41,453 nt of DNA, from assembly GCA_051382335.1 (NCBI GenBank), contig JBBCAX010000289.1, positions 1-41,453 on the forward strand. Reading direction: 5' to 3'. The translations under genes were made by a program, and so were the position numbers. Source of the stretch: Deltaproteobacteria bacterium TL4. Its GTDB lineage: Bacteria; SAR324; NAC60-12. Below, one piece after another: positions 37,855 through 41,453 of the stretch (the stretch's first letter is position 1; each line of letters opens with the position of its first letter). The notes below the pieces were generated by a model. The model saw only the letters and a program-made list of their open reading frames with translations. It was not told the DNA's origin and made no database searches.

Positions 37855-39451
37855 TTCGACTCTGTTAAATTTAGTTCTATATCTGCCGCTCGTTTCAGCG
37901 ATCTTGGTTCTGCTTGTACCCGCATCCAAAGATAGTCTGGTAAAGTCGTTGTCTCTCGGTTTGATGCTCATCGGGTTTGTACTCTCTGTTCCTCTGTACA
38001 CGGGATTTGATCCAAATGATACAGCATTGCAGTTCAAGACCTCTATTCCCTGGATTTCCTCATGGGGGATTTCCTATATCATAGGGATGGACGGCATCAA
38101 TATTTTGCTGATCATGTTGACGACGTTTCTTGGTCCAATCGTTGTCCTTTCCACTTTTTCAGCAGTCGAAAAATCGGTCAATCTTTTTTACGCCATGATC
38201 TTTATGCTTCAGTTTACGATGCTGGGAGCATTTGTCGCACAAAACCTCTTTGTTTTTTACCTTTTCTGGGAAGCAATGCTGATCCCCATGTTTTTTATCA
38301 TTGGAATTTGGGGCGGAAAACGAAGGATCTATGCGACTGTGAAATTTTTTCTATATACCGCTTTGGGAAGTATCATCATGCTGACTGCGGTGATCTACCT
38401 TGCCTATATTAATTTCAAACAGACCGGGACGATGAGCTATGATTTTGTTGATCTGTACAAGGTCTCTGTGTCTCCTGATATTCAAAAGTGGTTATTTTTA
38501 GCTTTTGCTCTTTCCTTTGCGATTAAAGTTCCCATGTTTCCGTTTCATACTTGGCTTCCGGATGCGCACGTTGAGGCTCCAACGGCCGGTTCAGTCATTC
38601 TGGCAGGGGTACTTCTTAAAATGGGGACTTATGGGTTTATGCGTCTTGCCATGCCGTTATTCCCGGAGGCCGCCGTTGCATTTGCTCCGCTTATGAAGCT
38701 TATCGCCGTTATCGGAATCGTGTACGGTGCCTGTCTTGCCCTTGCGCAAACGGATATCAAGAAACTTATTGCCTACTCTTCGATCAGTCATCTGGGATAT
38801 GTTATGCTGGGGTTGTTTTCTTTTAATCAACTGGCCGTTGAAGGCGCAATCCTTCAAATGGTCAACCACGGCATTTCAACGGGAGCACTCTTCCTTATGG
38901 TAGGGATGATCTATGAAAGACGTCACTCAAGAGAAATTGCGGATTACGGTGGAATCGCCAGTATTATTCCACGGTTTGCGTTTTTCTTTATGATCGTTAC
39001 TTTGTCATCCATCGCTCTTCCGGGAACAAATGGTTTTGTCGGAGAATTCTTAATCCTTTTAGGTGCTTTTAACGATGGGTATTCCGTTTTTAAAGCAGAT
39101 GGCGGCAGTTTTGAACTTTTCCTATCCTCGATCGCCGTTTCCGGTGTGATCATAGGCGCTTTCTACATGCTCTGGCTGGTCCAACGGTTTATGTTTGGTC
39201 CGGTAGTTCATGAAAAAAATAAAGAGCTTAGGGATTTGAATTCCAGAGAAATTGGTGTTCTGATACCAATGGTCGTGATGATTTTCTGGATCGGTTTGTT
39301 TCCATCCTCTTTTTTCAATAAGATCGATAAATCTGTAACTGAGTTTTTGAAAGATTATAAAAGAGTCGAGAAATCAATAACCAGTACGGTTCAACATGTA
39401 GAAGGTGTTCAAAATGAATGCGGCAAATATACTTTACGGGATGCTTCCTGA
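37847..39451 (+). CDS. nuoM: NADH-quinone oxidoreductase subunit M
   Basis: Motifs FWEAMLIPM, KVPMFPFHTWLPDAHVEAPT and LPGTNGFVGEF. Confidence 0.97.
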   Translation: MGNSTLLNLVLYLPLVSAILVLLVPASKDSLVKSLSLGLMLIGFVLSVPLYTGFDPNDTALQFKTSIPWISSWGISYIIGMDGINILLIMLTTFLGPIVVLSTFSAVEKSVNLFYAMIFMLQFTMLGAFVAQNLFVFYLFWEAMLIPMFFIIGIWGGKRRIYATVKFFLYTALGSIIMLTAVIYLAYINFKQTGTMSYDFVDLYKVSVSPDIQKWLFLAFALSFAIKVPMFPFHTWLPDAHVEAPTAGSVILAGVLLKMGTYGFMRLAMPLFPEAAVAFAPLMKLIAVIGIVYGACLALAQTDIKKLIAYSSISHLGYVMLGLFSFNQLAVEGAILQMVNHGISTGALFLMVGMIYERRHSREIADYGGIASIIPRFAFFFMIVTLSSIALPGTNGFVGEFLILLGAFNDGYSVFKADGGSFELFLSSIAVSGVIIGAFYMLWLVQRFMFGPVVHEKNKELRDLNSREIGVLIPMVVMIFWIGLFPSSFFNKIDKSVTEFLKDYKRVEKSITSTVQHVEGVQNECGKYTLRDAS

Positions 39452-40838
39452 ACATATTATTTTCTGTTTGGTTATTCTGCTGATGTGTCTTGAAATATTC
39501 AAGACTTCAAAGGTGTCAGCTTTTTATTTATCCTTGATCGGTATTTTCAGTGCCATTATCGTACTGAGTATCCAGTTTTTATCAAAAACCTCTTTTCAGC
39601 TTTTTGAAGGTCATCTGATCGTCGATTCTTTTGCTATTTCCAGCAAAAGTGTTCTTCTGATCGCAGCAGGATTGATTTTAATGTTGCTGCCTAAAAAGTT
39701 TCAGGAAATTAAATTTTACATGCTGTTTGCCTCCTCAGTTTATGGTGCTATGCTCATGGTTGGAAGCGGTACATTCCTGACTCTTTTTATTGGGCTTGAA
39801 CTTATGAGCATCCCGGTTTACGTGATGGTAATGTTCAAATTTTCGTCAGCCAGGGAAGTAGAGGCCTCAATGAAGTATATTGTTTTAGGAGGGGTGTCCT
39901 CAGCAATCCTCCTTTTGGGAATCTCTTTCCTATATGGAAATTCTGGCGGAATCGGACTATTGTCCCTTGGTCATGTACAAATAAACCATGAAACGTATTT
40001 TATAACCGGAATCATTCTTGTTTTTATGGCGTTCTTCTTTAAGGCATCCATTGTCCCGTTCCATGGGTGGTCACCGGATGTTTACCAAGGTGCGACTCAG
40101 CCTGTTACCGCCTATATGGCTGCGATTGTAAAGGCCGCGATTTTTCTCTCGATGGTACGCGTTTTCGGTGGGTTTCAAATTCCAAAGGCTCTCATAGGGG
40201 TTTTGGTAGCACTTCCTCTAGTTTCTGTAATCTGGGGTAATGTTGGTGCGATCTGGCAGAAAAGTTTTAAGCGTATGATGGCCTATTCTTCAATTGCACA
40301 TGCAGGGTACGTCATGTTCGCTTTTTTGGATACCACGGGTGAACGATCAACCGCAATTGCTTTTTATGCAACCGTTTATGCAATCATGACTATCCTTGCT
40401 TTTGCGGCAGTTATCTATTTTTCAGATGACGAAGAGGAAATCGACGATCTTGAAAGTTTTAAAGGAATTTTCAAGAAAAAACCAGTTGCCGCAGGATTCA
40501 TGATCATTGCCATGTTTTCTCTTGCAGGAATTCCGCCGTTTCCTGGATTTTATGCAAAGTTTTTTATTTTTAAGAGTCTTGTCGCATCAGGTTATCCTGT
40601 ACTTGCTCTTGTCGCGTTTATTTGCAGTTTTTTGGGTATTTTCTTTTATATTCGTGTGTTGGTCAATATTTTTATGTATACAGAGCCAGAAGGTCGCATC
40701 GTAACAGTTCAGCCTAAAGGCTCGGTTGCGACTGCTAATTTCTGGGTATTGAACGTGATGGCTATTAGCCTAATGATTATCCTGTTTATGTCTGTGAATC
40801 CTGAAAATATCATCCGGATTTTTGGTGTGAGTCTTTAG
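39414..40838 (+). CDS. nuoN: NADH-quinone oxidoreductase subunit N
   Basis: Motifs GLELMS, EASMKY, PFHGWSPDVYQGA, KRMMAYSSIAH and SLAGIPP. ATG 39414 follows a GAAGG RBS. Confidence 0.96.
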   Translation: MNAANILYGMLPEHIIFCLVILLMCLEIFKTSKVSAFYLSLIGIFSAIIVLSIQFLSKTSFQLFEGHLIVDSFAISSKSVLLIAAGLILMLLPKKFQEIKFYMLFASSVYGAMLMVGSGTFLTLFIGLELMSIPVYVMVMFKFSSAREVEASMKYIVLGGVSSAILLLGISFLYGNSGGIGLLSLGHVQINHETYFITGIILVFMAFFFKASIVPFHGWSPDVYQGATQPVTAYMAAIVKAAIFLSMVRVFGGFQIPKALIGVLVALPLVSVIWGNVGAIWQKSFKRMMAYSSIAHAGYVMFAFLDTTGERSTAIAFYATVYAIMTILAFAAVIYFSDDEEEIDDLESFKGIFKKKPVAAGFMIIAMFSLAGIPPFPGFYAKFFIFKSLVASGYPVLALVAFICSFLGIFFYIRVLVNIFMYTEPEGRIVTVQPKGSVATANFWVLNVMAISLMIILFMSVNPENIIRIFGVSL

Positions 40839-40956
40839 CATACTGGCCTGTTTAAATTGGGTGCAATTAAAAGTGTGAGGCAACATTATTTTCCCACTGA
40901 TTTTCCCAATAGTTTCCACCTGTGCAGGTGTATTTTAAGCAATCAGCTTAAACTTA

Positions 40957-41453
40957 GGCTCTTCGATATTTCCCGTGGTTATTATTTAATCTCTATCTAG
41001 ATGATAGATCAAGCGAATTCAAGATATCCATCCAAATCAAGATGTATGCGCTGGAACAAACTTTTGGAGTTTAGTATACCATAACAACGTCGTTTAATTA
41101 CCTTAATTTTATTATTCATTCCCTCCACAAAACCACTGTTGTTCCGATCATGGAAGTAGTTGGTAATCTCATTCATTCGATTTTCAAGTGTTGTTAAAAA
41201 TTTGTCAAAACAAGTGAGTTCACTTTTTTCCACTTTTTTCATCCAGGCTTTAATTTTACATCTAGCTTTGTCTTTGGAAATATCCTCCTCAAAAATACCA
41301 GTTAATTGATTCTGAAAATCATATGCTAATTTTAATAATGGAGAATATTCAAATAACAATTTCAATGTTACTTTCTCTTCTTCTGTTAATTTTTTTGTAT
41401 CCTTTCGTAAGATCCACATAAGACCTGTTAAAGCCTTATATTTTTCTTCTGGC
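40957..41453 (-). mobile_element. Right end of an ISL3-family insertion sequence, truncated by the window edge
   Basis: GGCTCTTCG at 40957 matches ISL3-type terminal inverted repeats and sits next to an AT-rich target-like sequence. The transposase stop is ~50 bp inside. Confidence 0.8.
41009..41453 (-). CDS. ISL3-family transposase, C-terminal part
   Basis: Motif NNSGFVEGMNNKIKVIKRRCYG. The frame stays open to the window edge (PEEKYKALTGLMWILRK). Confidence 0.9.
   Translation of the reverse strand, partial: PEEKYKALTGLMWILRKDTKKLTEEEKVTLKLLFEYSPLLKLAYDFQNQLTGIFEEDISKDKARCKIKAWMKKVEKSELTCFDKFLTTLENRMNEITNYFHDRNNSGFVEGMNNKIKVIKRRCYGILNSKSLFQRIHLDLDGYLEFA

Noticed and set aside
39405..39451. 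nuoM/nuoN overlap of 38 bp with a polar NuoM tail
   Set aside because: Both genes are complete, and short overlaps with variable tails are common in nuo operons.
40839..40956. Intrinsic terminator after nuoN
   Set aside because: No convincing GC-rich stem followed by a U-tract was found.
1..41453. Whole window as a composite transposon
   Set aside because: The two terminal elements appear to be of different families and both are truncated, which fits contig breaks at repeats better.

Overview
Bacterial window, probably from a deltaproteobacterial-like lineage (inferred from the protein families, not verified), with a truncated IS at each end. The minus strand carries a cupin (type II mannose-6-phosphate isomerase-like) gene coupled to a ~1400-aa internally duplicated membrane protein, then a PUFA-synthase-type cluster pfaA-pfaB-pfaC. 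PfaA has 4 ACPs, PfaB looks like a free-standing copy of the CLF-AT module also present inside PfaC, and pfaD/pfaE are absent from the window. Downstream lies a decayed ~4-kb surface-protein gene with 11 Calx-beta-like repeats, broken by an amber codon, a 7-bp repeat expansion, two 1-bp deletions and an IS insertion. The plus strand carries a complete nuoA-N complex I set with a short NuoG and a degenerate nuoB copy between nuoA and the intact nuoB. Intergenic DNA also holds the 3' remnant of a group II intron upstream of pfaA and a GTAG-type REP-like hairpin after pfaC.
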